DNA from: Octopus vulgaris
Taxonomy: Eukaryota
Length of the DNA stretch: 64,000 bases
Assembly: GCA_951406725.2 (NCBI GenBank)
Contig: OX597826.1
Coordinates: 18,786,001 to 18,850,000, forward strand
Direction of reading: 5' to 3'
The notes under the pieces are model-generated. The model saw only the letters and a list, made by a program, of their open reading frames with translations, had not been told where the DNA came from and made no database searches. Made by a program: the position numbers and the translations under genes. Of the stretch, positions 26,291 through 40,384 are shown one piece after another (within the stretch, counting starts at the first letter, position 1; each line of letters starts with the position of its first letter).

Positions 26291-26776
26291 CTTTGACTAA
26301 TCTTTATGCATGTGAATATGTGTGTCTGTATCTAGCAACTGGGACTGTATAAGCCTTAAAGGTGAAAGAGCTCAGTGAGAAGGGTGTGACAGATGTGTTT
26401 CTCACAGAATGGTACACAGCATGATATGATGTAATGACAGAAGTAGTGGTAAATTGGTTGAGAATTACTGAATTGTTGGGTTAGGCCTAATTTGAAAGGA
26501 AGCTTAGGTGGTTGTTGTGACTTGTAAAGGAGGTGTTTCTGACCTAAAGGGAGAGAAAGAGAGGGATAGAAAAAGAGAGAGAGGAGGGGAAAGAAAGAAA
26601 AAGGGAGAGAGATGGTAAATGAATGCAACATAAAATATTAGCAATAGCAAAAGAGAAAGTGCATATATATATGATATATGTATGTATATATATATATGTA
26701 CGTGTGTGTATATATATACACACATATATGTATATGTATGTATGTATAATAAAATGATGTGTTTGTGTGAGTAATT

Positions 26777-26828
<52 letters not shown>

Positions 26829-27321
26829 GCACGCACACACATATTTACATATATATATATATAGACATACATACACATGCACATAAATATATATAATATA
26901 TAAAAAAGATATACTTACATATATATGTATATATATATAATAACTGTATAATAACAGTATAATATATGTACATGTGCAAATCTATATACACAGGTACATA
27001 TATAAATATAAATATATGATGATATATATATAAAAGAGCAAGAGAGAAGAGGGTGAGAGAGGATGTGCAAAGTTATTGCTTTATGCCCAGTTAAGTTTAT
27101 TTCTTATCTAGTTGTCTCCACAGTTGGATTGTAGATAAAAGTGAATTTTAACACGTCCACTGCTTGTGGCAGAGAATTGGTATATTGACTGGAAATAATT
27201 ATCCTGGCTAATGGCAGGCTGATTCCTTTATTTAGTGCTTCAATAGCTGACAGTTGTATCATGAAGTGTGACTAGTTAGCTTGAAGATGTGATTAGACAT
27301 ACATACTTGCATACATACATA

Positions 27322-27352
<31 letters not shown>

Positions 27353-28089
27353 CAAATATACATACGTACATACATACATTTGTACATACATATATGCACA
27401 GACACACTCCCATGTGTATATGGATAGATATACACACATATAAATGTGTGTGTATATATATATATGTATACACATACATATATACATACATATATATATA
27501 TATGTATACACATACATATATACATACATACATATATATATATATATGTATTTATATATAAATGTGTATAAAGAAGTATGTATATATATATATCTATGTA
27601 TGTAAATAATGTGTGTATGTACCCCTGCACTCACCCCTTACCCCCATTGCTTTGTTTCTGCCGCCATACCCTCTACTTTGCCATCCACCCCTATTTTGGC
27701 TCTTCTTTAGTCATCAGTCTCTCTACTGCTGTTCATCTTCTCCTCCTGTGCCTTAAGTAAAAAGATACATCATTAAGTAGTCCTACTACATGGTGAAGGC
27801 AATTTTTATCAATGTTGATGCCATGATAAGTGGGGACAAGACTGAGTCAACAGGACATTGTCGTTTTGTTGAAGACATCACCACCACTCTAGCACTAGGG
27901 ACATGGCAAAATACATCCCAGTGCAAAGTGGTTGGTTATGCAAAGGGCATTGAGCCATTGAGTATAAGTCTTCTGACCTTATCTAGAATGGCAGTAAATC
28001 TAAATAGCGGCTGAGACAATTGTTACTCTCTCTCTCTCACTCTGTAAATGTGTGTATATATATAAATACATACATACATATATATACAA

Positions 28090-28130
<41 letters not shown>

Positions 28131-29725
28131 CAAACATGCATATACATATACACATACATACACACCTACATGCAAACACACACACACACATACACACATA
28201 TATATACACACAGGTGTGTCTATTTGGTAAGACGCTTGATTCTCAACCACACAATTCTGGGTTCAGTCTGGCACCTTGTGAGTGGGTCTGGTAGAAGAAA
28301 CTGAAAGAAGCCCGTCGTGTATATATGTGTGTGTGCAAGTGTGTGTGTGCATGTGTGTGTGTGTGCAAGTGTGTGTGTGTATACATCCATTGCAGTGGGA
28401 ATGAGTTTTGAGTAACCATTAACTTAATTTATATTAAGGTACAGATGACTTAAATTTACTGCTAACCTCCCCATTCTTAAAAACACCAAGTAGATAGCTA
28501 ACTCACTTTCTGATCATGAGTGCACCAAACCTCACGCGTGCGTATGCTCACATTTTTGTGGATGCTTGTATGAGTAAGTGTACTCGTGCCATGCAGCTTA
28601 TCCGAGGGCATTTATTCATCCATATTTGTTAACAGTTATTTTTAATACTTAATACTCGCTGGATTGCGTGTTCATTTGTCATTTTTACCATCTGTGATTG
28701 TGTCTTTGATTTTCTATATAAATGAAGATATTTCCTCCGTCTGGTTGCTTTTCTTTCTACAAAACTAGAAATTGCATTGCTTAACTGTTATTCTAACGAG
28801 TTGTATCTATTTATCACCTGACGAGATACATCTGCACCACTGCTAAATCCGTAAACATCATCTAATTTGGTTAAAAACTGAGTAAATGTTGATCTTAAGA
28901 ATATTAGATGTTTTTTGAAAAGATTAACACTACAACACTCATCTTAATGAGTTCTATCATATGAGGTAAAAAGAAAAAATGTTAAAGCTAGATATAGTTT
29001 TCTTTTGAAATAACAATAACCTCTGGAGTCAAAGTCGATTTCAGGCGTTAGTCTCTTTTTTTCTCACCGGTTTTTACCTCAGTACCTTTTTCACTACTAC
29101 ATATAAGTAACATGGATAGATTTCACTTGTTGAGCTCTATCATATAAGCTAAAATAAAATAAAGATTTCTTTAAAGAAAAATATTTGGACTCAAAATCAA
29201 TTTCAGATGTTACTCTCCTGTTTTTGACTGCACATATTTTACTGAAATCATTTTTCTACCAAAGCAATTTTCAAATTTTGTAGCTGAAATGGAGCTTAGG
29301 ATGTGACCAATCTAAAACTGTAAACATCATCTAATTTGGTTAAAAACTGAGTTAGTGACAAAGCTTGGAAGTGGTCGCAAGTGAGTAAATGTTGACCTTA
29401 AGAATATTATTCACACACTGCTATATATACATATATATTTCAACTGATGTACACACAGACATCAGACACAGACACACACACACACACACACACACATACA
29501 CACACACACACACACACTCAAATATACATATATATATATGCTTACTCTGGTGTGCATATATATATATAAATGCTTACTCTGGTGTGCATATATATATATA
29601 TATATATGCACACCAGAGTAAGCATATAAATGTGAAAAAAGGGGGGAAAATAGTACTCAAATACTGGAGGTAGAGTAATATGCTTTATTAATAAAATATA
29701 TGTATATTTATATATATTTTATATA

Positions 29726-32382
29726 TCTATATATATAAAATAGAGGTTGTCTATGTGTGTCTGTGTGTCTGTTGTTCCGGATTCTTCTCCGAAACTAGAC
29801 GTTTTTTTTTTAAACTTTACATATCGGTGCAATTTTGGACGAGATGGGTTGTGACGCTATTGATTTTTTCATATTGATATTGGATCTCCCCAAAAAATCG
29901 ACAAATCAATATTGATTTTTTTTCAAAAGTTGTCCAATTTTGATCAAAATCAACATACTTATACATTTTTATCTAAAGAATTTAATAGCATCATTAGTTT
30001 TCAAATTCTGTTTCATTTGAGCACAGGATGAGAACTGACTCCAAAAATGCCGTTTTGGACATAGCACCTGAAGCTTTTATCCGATTGCACTCAACTTCAT
30101 GTCCAATGTACATTAGACTCTAAACTACAGACATCAGTCAATATTGCAGTATCCTGAACTGGATGGCACCAGTGATGAGATTTACAATAGAGCACTGATT
30201 GACCTCAAAGGCAGGGTTATTTCCCTTGGTGGTACTGATTTGCCGACATACGGTTTACCAGCTACACTCCGATCAGTATACAACACACTTTCTTCTGCAG
30301 TCTTGCGAGAAACGTCTTACAACAAAGCGTCCCTTGCCCAATTTGTCAATGAGGTGGAACCACAACTGCTTCCAGACCAATGCCATGTCTACAACTGTAT
30401 TGTTAGCAATGTGTGTCACCGATCCAGTGACATTTTCTTCTTGGATGACACTGGAAAAACCTTTTTAATTAAATTAATTCTCGCAAATGTATGGGAAAAT
30501 GGAGACAAAGCGTTAGCTGTTGCCTCTTCTGGGATTGCTGCCACTTTGTTTCCAGGTGGAAGAACAGCACATTCCACCTTCAAACTTCCACTGAATTTAG
30601 CGGCTCCAGAAGCCCACTCCTGCAACATCAGCAAAAGTTCTGACCAAGGGCAAGTACTCTAATGGTGCATTCTTATATAGGATGAGTACACAATGGCTCA
30701 CAGAGGAGGCTTAGAGGCATTAGATAGAGCTCTGAGGGATATATGAGACAGTCAGGCTTCAATGGGCAGTGCAACGCTTTTACTGTCAGGTGACTTTAGA
30801 CAAACTCTTCCTGTCATTCCTAAAGGTACAAGGACAGATGAAGTACAAGCATGCCTTAAGTCCTCACCATTGAGGCATCATGTTATGACACTTACGCTAT
30901 CCACAAATATAAGAGCCCAACTTTATGGTGATCGAACTTCTTCCCAGTTTGCTAAGATATTTTGGAACTTGGTGACGGTAAGGTGCCTTTGGACGTGGCA
31001 GGTGAACTAGACATCTTGCCACTTTGTACCATTGTATCTTCTATCAACGAACTAAAGGACAAGGTGTTCCCAAATTTGCAGGACAACTACTACAATCTTA
31101 AGTGGTCGTGTGGTGTGAAAGAGCAATACTTGCTCCTAAGAACATCACCGTAAGCAAGTTGAATGATCAACTCCTCCAGTCTCTACCTGGAAATCATCAA
31201 ACATTTAAGTCAATTGATACCATGATAAATGACAATGAGGCAGTTAATTATCCTGCTGAATTTCTTAACACATCGGACCCTCCACTCCTTCCTCCACATA
31301 CATTGCACCTGAAAGAAGGGATTCCAATAATGCTGCTTCGGAATTTGGAGCCACCAAAACTATACAACAGAACATGACTGGTTGTTAAAAAAGTTCTTAA
31401 CCACGTAATAGAGGCTACCATAATTTCCGGGAGTGGAAAAGGAGATGATGTTTTCCTACCACGAGTTCCTCTCATTCCATCAGGATTGGCTATTCCTTTC
31501 TCCTTTCAAAGGCATCAATTTCCCATTTGTGTCAGTTTGCTGTGTCAATAAACAAGTCCCATGGTCAGACACTATCTGTTGCTGGTCTTCATGTTTTTCA
31601 CCTGGACAACTATACGTTGGCTGTTCGAGAATGGGATGCAAGGTGAATCTCTTTGCATTTGCCCGAAATGGGAGAACAAGGAATATCGTGTACAAGGAGG
31701 TGCTACAACCAAATCAAAGTGGTGATATGTACATTTCTACGGTTTTTTGCTAAAGAGTTTTCTCATTTCATATCCACAACCACTACTTTTCAGGTAGCTA
31801 TGGCAGCAAGGAATGCACTCAATTAGTTGTCATCACATCTACAACAGCAACGACACCAATATCATAACAAAGTGACGCAATGTGAATCCAGCATCCCTGA
31901 GGTTATCAAAGACTGTTTGAGACTTACTATTGTTCAATGGAACAACAAATAAACGTTTACTTTCTCTCCTTTCCTTTAACAAAACCCTTACGCTTAGGGC
32001 TTTATGGGTTGACCACTTGACTTTAAGTAGTTATTCTGCAAATCTAGGAAGAGTGATTATTTATGAGCACAAAGCTATGACACCAAGAACACTCCGACAT
32101 ATTCAAGACTTCGTTATCCACAGAGCAGGAAATAATATATAAGGTCAGCTTTATAAACTTTAGCAATGCTGACACACACTGCTAATTGTATTGAAGCAGT
32201 AATCTCATGCTTATGTTTCTGATTTTAAATAATTTTCCTGCTTAATTCTTAACCAAACATTCTGGTAAAATATGGGTTATTGTGATCGGATCACTTATCT
32301 TCCATTTATTTTGAAATTGAAAAAACCTCAGTGTTGTTTTACATTAACTGACGTTCCCAGGCAATGCTGGGTAAACTGCTAG
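29726..32382 (+). mobile_element. Non-autonomous Helitron with both termini
   Basis: A|TCTATATATATAAAA 5' end; 3' hairpin CCCAG-GCAATG-CTGGG (32356-32371) followed by CTAG|T; internal helicase remnant. Confidence 0.9.
30130..31710 (+). pseudogene. PIF1-family helicase half of Helitron RepHel, disrupted
   Basis: TGKTFL (Walker A with deletion), ASSGIAATL.PGGRTAHS.FKLP, DEYTMAH, GDFRQTLPV, ERAILAPKN, PPH.L.LK.G.PIMLLRNL and GQLYVGCSR spread across frames with stops. Confidence 0.92.
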
Positions 32383-34229
32383 TATATATATATATATATA
32401 TATATATAAATTAATATTCAGGGCAAGTGAGTAAGTATAAAGGCTTAGCCACATGCTTAAAGGAGATGCTACCTTAAAAACATCACAATAAATATGCACC
32501 AGATTCAGGCAAATAAATGGAACAGAGAGAGAGAGATGTCTAAATGAGTGTGTCTTCATGTCTGTATTTGCAACTCCACTGATTGACAACTGATGTTGCT
32601 GTGTTTACACACCCACAACTTAGTGGTTTGGTAAAAGAGACTTGAAAAAAGAGTAAAAAAAAAACATGAGTCCTGAGATTGAGTTGTTCAACTAAAGTCT
32701 TTCAATGCACAACCCCAGCATGGTGCAATAACTGAGACAAGGAAAAGAAAAACTCAAACTTATCTTTCTTTGATGAAAGAATCTTCTTATTTTTTCTGTT
32801 TTATGCTTATTCTCATTATTTTATATTAAGAATATTTTGAATGAAGATCTATTCGACCATTTTGAGCATCTAGCTATTTGATGATTTATATGCCTTTTTG
32901 ACAATTTAACAATTTTAATTTTAATGCATAAATTTTTTATTGCATTTTATGATCTACATTAACGTTTAAGATTTGTTATATTTTTTCCCTAATCATTTAT
33001 GATACCATTACAAAATCATATATCCTTCTCCTTCTTACACACTCTGTTGGATTCAATGAGCTATGAACACAATGAAAGAAAGAAAATACAGGCAAACTCC
33101 TTCAATTACCCACCAACAACTCTGTGCTGAGGCTGCAACTATGAAATATATTTTTACATTACAATATAGCTTGATCATCAAATGAAATATCCAGCTCACT
33201 AATTAAATAGATAAATAATATATGCATGATGTATGTGTGTATGTATATATATGTATGAATTATGTATGTATGTATGTATGTATGTATGTATGTATGTATG
33301 TAGGTAGGTAGGTAGTTATACATGCACACACATGTGTATATAACTATATAAAATACATACATGCATACATACATGCATGCATGCATGTTTATATGTATGT
33401 ATAAGGTATGTATATATTTATGTACGTATGCATATACGATGTTTATATATATGTGTGTGTGTAAGTACATATGTGTGTATCATGTATGTATGTATGAATG
33501 AATGAACATGTGTGTATGCATGCGTGTATGATGCATGTATATGTATAATGTATGCATGTATATGTATGATGCATGTATGTAATTATGTAGTGTGTATGTA
33601 TCTATATATAAAGGGAAGAGATGTAATAGAAAAGCGTAGCTCAATAATACTACAGCATTTATCCAGTACTTTAGTTTTGTCCATGTTCAAATTCCAACAG
33701 AGAATTTTGTGTTGTTTTTTTTCTTCTTTTATTCTTTTATAGTTTGATATCAATGGATACCTAGGATCAAGCTCCCACCCACTACTACCTTCACCATCTC
33801 TACCAACGCCATCATCACAAAATCGATCTTGTGTCTAAATATGAAACCCACATTACAAAAGAATATTCAGATCAGCATCAAAGATATAGAACAGATTCAA
33901 TGAGTCAGATTTATAGCAGAGAGAAAGAAATTAGGTGACAATTGTACCATTCTCATGGAGATTAGTGTAATAAGTGGAGTGCAATAGTCTTGGTTTGTCT
34001 CTATCCTCTTGAATAAAGATGCTAATGAAATTCTGATGAATGGAAGCACTTCTGATGGAGATATGTATTGGTTTGACTACATATGAAAATAATGATTATA
34101 TAAGGAAATATATAATCCTGTTAATGAGATAATTCTTCTGATAAAGGTATAATTCTTTCTATGAACTCCCATCAGCTCGGGGTGGGGGAGAGAGAGGGGG
34201 GAAGAGAGACACCCTTGTCTTTGTATAGA

Positions 34230-34620
34230 TATCTCTCTTAGAGAAGAGAAACTCTGATACAAGACCTATGATTTTGTTTGCATCCAATGATGTAGACTTG
34301 TTCTTGTTTTGGGGACAAATGCATATGCTGTTTAAAGAGTGAAGCTGACCATGTGGTAGGCCTTGCGTCACTTTAAAAAGCTTCAGGCATAGGCATCACA
34401 TGATTTCTAACATATCTGTTATGTGTTGCATGCTAAGGCAGGCTGTAGCTGGAAAAGGCAGAACACTCACTGAAAATTTCCAAGATGGAATAAAGGTGTG
34501 TGTCAGCATGGGTGGTAAAGTCTTTGAACACCTGCTGCAAGGGGTGCCGTGCCCAACATTGCTACACCTGTGCAAAAGAATGTAGATCCTCGATAGAACT
34601 GGAAAGTCACATCCTAGATA
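34230..34620 (-). mobile_element. Possible highly decayed LINE RT N-terminal fragment
   Basis: Weak resemblance to the I.P.PK...D..NYRPISL region (ICICPQNKNKSTSLDAN..) across frameshifts. Confidence 0.3.
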
Positions 34621-34674
34621 ACCACATTTAAGAGAACAATCAAGTGCTACCATTGCTTGAAATTGGGTTGCATC

Positions 34675-34712
<38 letters not shown>

Positions 34713-34737
34713 CATGTGTATGCATGTATGCTTTTGT

Positions 34738-34808
<71 letters not shown>

Positions 34809-34924
34809 TGTGTGTGTGTATGTGTGTGTGTGTGTTAATTTTAAAATAATTAGATTATGAAAAGGGAAAAAGAATTCCCAAGTCATGTATGTGGTTGTTA
34901 TATAGTCATATATATATATATATA

Positions 34925-35060
34925 TATAATAAATGAAAAAATGTATGGTAAATATACAAATGACATAGCGTATCCTGAGTGTACAACCAGATGGGAGACA
35001 GACGCAGAAGGTCCCTAATTTTTCATCAATTATCAACCAACTGGCAATACTCAGTTTCAC
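34925..35060 (-). mobile_element. Short (TA)n-associated repeat; uninterrupted copy of 54600-55065
   Basis: Minus: GAAACTGAGTATTGCC..GGTTGATAATTGATGAAAAATTAGGGACC..GGTTGTACACTCAGGATAC; begins with a half-hammerhead GAAAC-TGA-GTA. Confidence 0.75.
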
Positions 35061-35082
35061 ACCATTAATGTATACTTATTTT

Positions 35083-35552
35083 TATATCTTTTACTTGTTT
35101 CAGTCATTAGATAGTGGCCATGCTGGGGCATCACCTTAAAGAAGTTTTAGTGAAATGAATCAACCCCACTGCTTATTTTTTTAAAGTCTGGTCCTTATTC
35201 TATTGATCTCTTTTGCCCAACCACTAAGTTACATGGATGTAAACACACCAACACCAGTTGTCAAGTGGGAATGGGAGACAAACACCGACACAAAGGCACA
35301 TATATACACACACACACACGTGCACATACAAAACACACACATGCACACACAAACACACACACAAGCACACATACACATACACATAGATGGATTCATAGAA
35401 TGAGTTTATTTCAGTTTCCAAATCCACTCACAAGGCTTTGGTCAGCCTGAGGTTTTAGTAGAAGACATTTGCACAAGGTGCCACGCAATGGGACTGAACC
35501 CAGAACCATGCAGTTGGGAAGCAAGTTTCTTACCAGACAGGCATGCCTGCAC
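35083..35552 (-). mobile_element. Full-length SINE family A
   Basis: Reverse complement of the 3363-3776 layout. Confidence 0.9.
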
Positions 35553-35914
35553 TTATGTCCATATCTGTGTCTGCTTGTTTCTATATGTATGTGGGTGTTG
35601 TGCGCACAAACAAATTTAGAGAATGCATTAAATAAAAATAAAAGAGTTTCAAGGTTGAAGATTTGATGGAGAGCTAAGAAGGACAAGAAGAAGAACAAGA
35701 AGAAGGTCTCCGAGAATTGATGTTCAGTGAAAGTGTATTTGTCAAACTCACATACCTCTCTAGTGAGAGAGCTGATAGAATCATAGAATCTGACATTTTA
35801 AATAAAATTGAGTTGAACAAGTCCCACAAAATTTAACAATTTCCACTTGCCTGAATGTCGATGTCACTCATGCTAATGACTGACGCACATATGTATGTAT
35901 GTATGTATATATAT

Positions 35915-36150
35915 ACGGTGGTGGTTGTCTACTCCTTATGCAGAGTTTGACCACCTCCAGTACCTACACTTAAAAACCATCATGGCATCTGATGTGGCTT
36001 TTTAAAGCAATGTTTTGAAAAGACATCGACATAGATTGCATATTCTGATTTGGACCACCAAGAGCTACAGTTAAGTATTGATCTTTGTAGATCTTAACAT
36101 GTCTTTTTAGGCCTCTGTTAGATTTGCAGACTTTTTGGCATAACATACAA
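35915..36150 (-). mobile_element. 3' end of an RTE-type LINE with C2H2 fingers
   Basis: CMLCQKVCKSNRGLKRHVKI...LKSHIRCH, then GTGGTCAAACTC..GAGTAGACAACCACC tail. Confidence 0.6.
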
Positions 36151-36158
36151 ATACATAA

Positions 36159-36214
<56 letters not shown>

Positions 36215-36223
36215 GTACATATG

Positions 36224-36450
36224 CAGGGTGTCCCAAAAGTCACTGAGGGGTTTCAATTTTTAATAACTTCCTTAACTTTACAAATAAATGCATGAAATTT
36301 TGATACAATATAAAGGTCATAATGGAAATTAATATGCACAAGTCAAATTTTGCAAGACCACTACATCACATATGAAAAATGACGATGCTTAAATGGCAGC
36401 CATTTTCGGCTTTGCACACTCATGCTCTTTCCAAAACTTGCACCATAACA
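36224..36450. mobile_element. Tc1/mariner-like terminal fragment
   Basis: Starts CAGGGTGTCCCAAAAGT, a typical Tc1/mariner TIR start; no matching second TIR. Confidence 0.5.
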
Positions 36451-36456
36451 CACAAC

Positions 36457-36913
36457 AAGAAGGTGGCTGCAGGAAGACCCCGTGTCTGGCAACAGAACTC
36501 TGCACCATGCCACACAAGCAGGAGAACCAAGTCATGGCTTTCAGATAATTTCTGTGACCACATCACCCCTAACATCTGACCACCTAACTCCCCAGACTGC
36601 AACCCACTTGATTATTATGTGTGGGGTGCAGTTGAGCGAGAGACCAACAAAACTCCTTGTAACACCAGAGATGAACTGAAGGCAAGGATTATGGCAACAT
36701 TGACCTACTTAAAAATGGAGACTGTCCAGGAGATTTCGAAGTTGTCTCAAGGTCGTGATTGGTGTCAATGGCAGTTTTTATTGAATAAATTTACTCTTTG
36801 ATATATATCAAGATATCTTTATGTAATTTTGGTAAATGTATCCGTTAAAATGAGACGTCAGTGTTATTTTCATTTATGTGTAATTTAGACGGCAGTTTAT
36901 TCACCACAACCTG
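36457..36913 (+). mobile_element. maT (DD37D) transposon 3' fragment
   Basis: WQQ[N]SAPCHTS...I*PPNSPDCNPLDYYVWG; 37 residues between the last two catalytic positions; ends ACAACCTG|TA. Confidence 0.88.
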
Positions 36914-37004
36914 TATATTCTACATGTGTGTGATGTGAACATGTACAATATGGCATCAATTCTTGATGTTACTAGTTTCTTTTTTCCATCTTGATGTAAC
37001 TAGT

Positions 37005-37042
<38 letters not shown>

Positions 37043-37544
37043 CACACACAAACACACACTCACACAAACACACACACACATATGTGTGTGTATTATATAC
37101 ATTGTCATCATCTAATATACATATTTCCATGGTTGCATGAGTCAGGCAGAATTTGTCGAAGCAGATTTGCTAGGGCCAGATACCCTTCCAGTAGCCAACC
37201 CTTACCTATTTCTAAGCAAGGTAATATTTAAGTAGATGTTTCTAGTATTTATGTGCTTCAGGAATGAAGCATGAGAGAGAAACCAATCATTAAAGACATG
37301 CTTGTTGAACCAAGATTTCTTGGAATGGTAATAATGCACTGTTAACAGCTCTTTAAACTTCATGAGCAAGCTAACCTCTCCTCTACTACCAAATCTAGAA
37401 TATGTAATTCAATGCCATAACACATTCTTTATATACATACCATTCTTAAAATATTGGGTATTCTGGGCAGTGACTGCCAATTCAACCCAGTTTCATTTCC
37501 GCAATACATTTGGGTAATTATTTGCACTTCGGACATAAAATAGA

Positions 37545-37922
37545 AACAGGCATGGTTGTGTGGTAAGAAGTTTGCTTCCCAACCACATGGTCCTGGGTTC
37601 AGTCCTACCACGTGGTACCTTGGGAAAGTGCTTTCTACTATGGTCTTGGGCTGACCAATGCCTTGTGAGTGGATTTGGTAAAAAATTAACTGAAGCGTAT
37701 CTTTTGTATATGTGTGTGTGTCTTTGTGACAGTATTTTTCCCCACCACCACTTGACTACCGGTGTTGGTGTGTTTATGTCCCCAGAACTTAGCACTTCAG
37801 CAAAAGAGACCAATACCAGGTTTAAAAAGAAATAAATATTAGGATCAATTCATTTGACTAAAACTTCTTCAAAGTGTTTCCCCAGCATGGCCACAGCCTA
37901 ATGACTGAAACAAGTAAAAGAA
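37545..37922 (+). mobile_element. Full-length SINE family A
   Basis: Colinear with 3363-3776. Confidence 0.88.
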
Positions 37923-38614
37923 TAATTGAATAAAATACCATTTAACTTCTTGAATGATTTGACTTCCTCATTGAGGAACTGTCTCTTTCACCATTGATAA
38001 TCGTATTACCCATTCTTCAGTAATTTCTAAATTGTCATAACTCTTGTCACTGGTTTTTAAATCTTTGATACCCAAATACTTAGTTTCCTTGATAGCAGCA
38101 ATGCACAAGTTGAAAGGATCACCAATGGATAAATCCCATCCTTACTACCGTCTCAAGAATTATATCTTTTTCAACTCTCAAACACTTTGACTAAATGACA
38201 ATGATTTAGAATTTACATCAATATCGTATTTGAAAGAAAATGCAGGGAGTTTTTCCTTAATATTTGTCTGAAACTTTGCTTTCTTAACAACTGCTGCATT
38301 ATTTCTTAACAAGGGACAGAAGAAAATTAATTTCCCATTAAGACCCATTATTATATTATTGGCTGAGATTAATATCTACCTTGGTGTACAATGCTCACCT
38401 GATTCTAACTCAGGTTTTATCTGGTTTATCCAGTATCTGACTTAATGAGGTGCAGTTTAATGAAGGTCCACTAAGTATCTAATAATAATGATGATGGCCA
38501 TTAAGGAAAAGATAAAGAAAAAAAAAGAGAAAGAATTTTTTTTAAAAATTGTATCTATTTGCGATGGATGTGTGAATGTAATTTGAATCCGGGTATGGAT
38601 TTTATTATGACATC

Positions 38615-38870
38615 ACAATTTGGGGCAATGATGATTTTGATTTTGCCTAGGATTGGGCAAATGTGTCTGATGACTGCAGGATATAATTCTGTTATTGTTC
38701 TGTTTCTTCAATTCAAATTGTTTTGATGCATCATGACACATTCTGCGCCATGGAGATTGATCTAGGCAATGACCTTCCCAAGAGGTCATGTGAAGCTGTA
38801 GAGGTTTTAGTGATTGCTTCAACTTATCCTTATACCTTAACCAAGGGTCTTCCTTTACTGTGAAATCCCT
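38615..38870 (-). mobile_element. RTE LINE ORF2 C-terminal fragment
   Basis: PWLRYKDKLKQSLK...SWE...DQSPWRRMCHDASKQFE. Confidence 0.7.
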
Positions 38871-38889
38871 CTAATAATAATAATAATAG

Positions 38890-39092
38890 TCCTTTCTACT
38901 AATACGTACAGGGTTTGAAAATATAAAAAATTTTTTTGCAGGATGGGTGGGGATTGATTACAACTTATTTCATCAACCCAAAAGGATGAAAGACAAAGTC
39001 AACCTCAGTGGAATTTGAAGTCAAAATGCAAAGACAGACAAAATGCCACTCAGCATTTTTTCCAGCAAGCTAACAATTCTGCCAGCTCCCCA
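38890..39092 (-). mobile_element. SINE family B
   Basis: Homologous to 7352-7570. Confidence 0.8.
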
Positions 39093-39095
39093 TCC

Positions 39096-39550
<455 letters not shown>

Positions 39551-39551
<1 letters not shown>

Positions 39552-39645
39552 CAAATCACAGCACATACCTAAGGCACACAGAGCTGCGCTCAGTAGTGAA
39601 GTGAAAGCACACTATAAAAATAAAACTACTGAATAATAATAATAA
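39551..39645 (+). mobile_element. Probable 3' tail of a (TAA)n-targeting LINE (R4/Dong-like)
   Basis: About 80 bp of unique sequence flanked by (AAT)n on both sides; family assignment is inference from the target type. Confidence 0.4.
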
Positions 39646-40384
39646 TATATCACAGCTTTTAAACAAAACCATTCAAGTTGATAAAAAAATTAAATGTCCA
39701 GCTACTTTATCAATAGCTTCTAAAACCTTTTAAATGATGACATAAAATCTGTTAGAGACACCTGTTCTCTACTCATATTTGCAGACAAAACAAAACACCT
39801 GTTTAAACTAGGGAGCAAAACACACCCTCATGCTCCTGTCTGACAACTTGCTAAAACTTACAAAGTGCACTATAAGTTTTAGAGACCTTTGAAGCAAAAT
39901 AAGCTTTTCCAGCATAGAATTAATAACAACTGCATGTTGTTCATTTCTCACAAAAGAAATGTCTAAAAAGTGGATAAATTCAGGAAATATTTAATAAGCA
40001 GTATTTAAGGTATTTAATTTTAAAATAACCATTAACTGTTAGATCATCGCGCCAGACTCGACTAAGTAAGCACTATCTCTACAGAAGGTTGAGGGAGGAT
40101 ATATTTTATAAGCAAAAAAAAAAATCAATAATTATGGAATTCTATATATGTATATATAAATATACATACATGTGTGTGTGTGTGTATGTACATACATATA
40201 TATCTATCTATAATATATTAAAAGTGAGCTTGAATCTTGCTTGGTTGCTTGCAATGTTACCCAACCAAACTGGCACATAATGGGAAAATACTATGAATTA
40301 AGTTTCCCCAGAAATGTGAATACGAATGGAATAAAACAAGTTTCACATAAATCAGAGCAGAGGTTCTTGAGATATTAGGGGTTT

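Noticed and set aside
30130-31710. Host PIF1 gene
   Set aside because: Intronless, with multiple stops and frameshifts, and enclosed by Helitron termini.
37930-38330. Possible R4/NeSL-like LINE remnant; similar weak cases at 1590-1800, 9620-9960 and 62480-62930
   Set aside because: Only faint motif resemblance; cannot be supported without a profile search.
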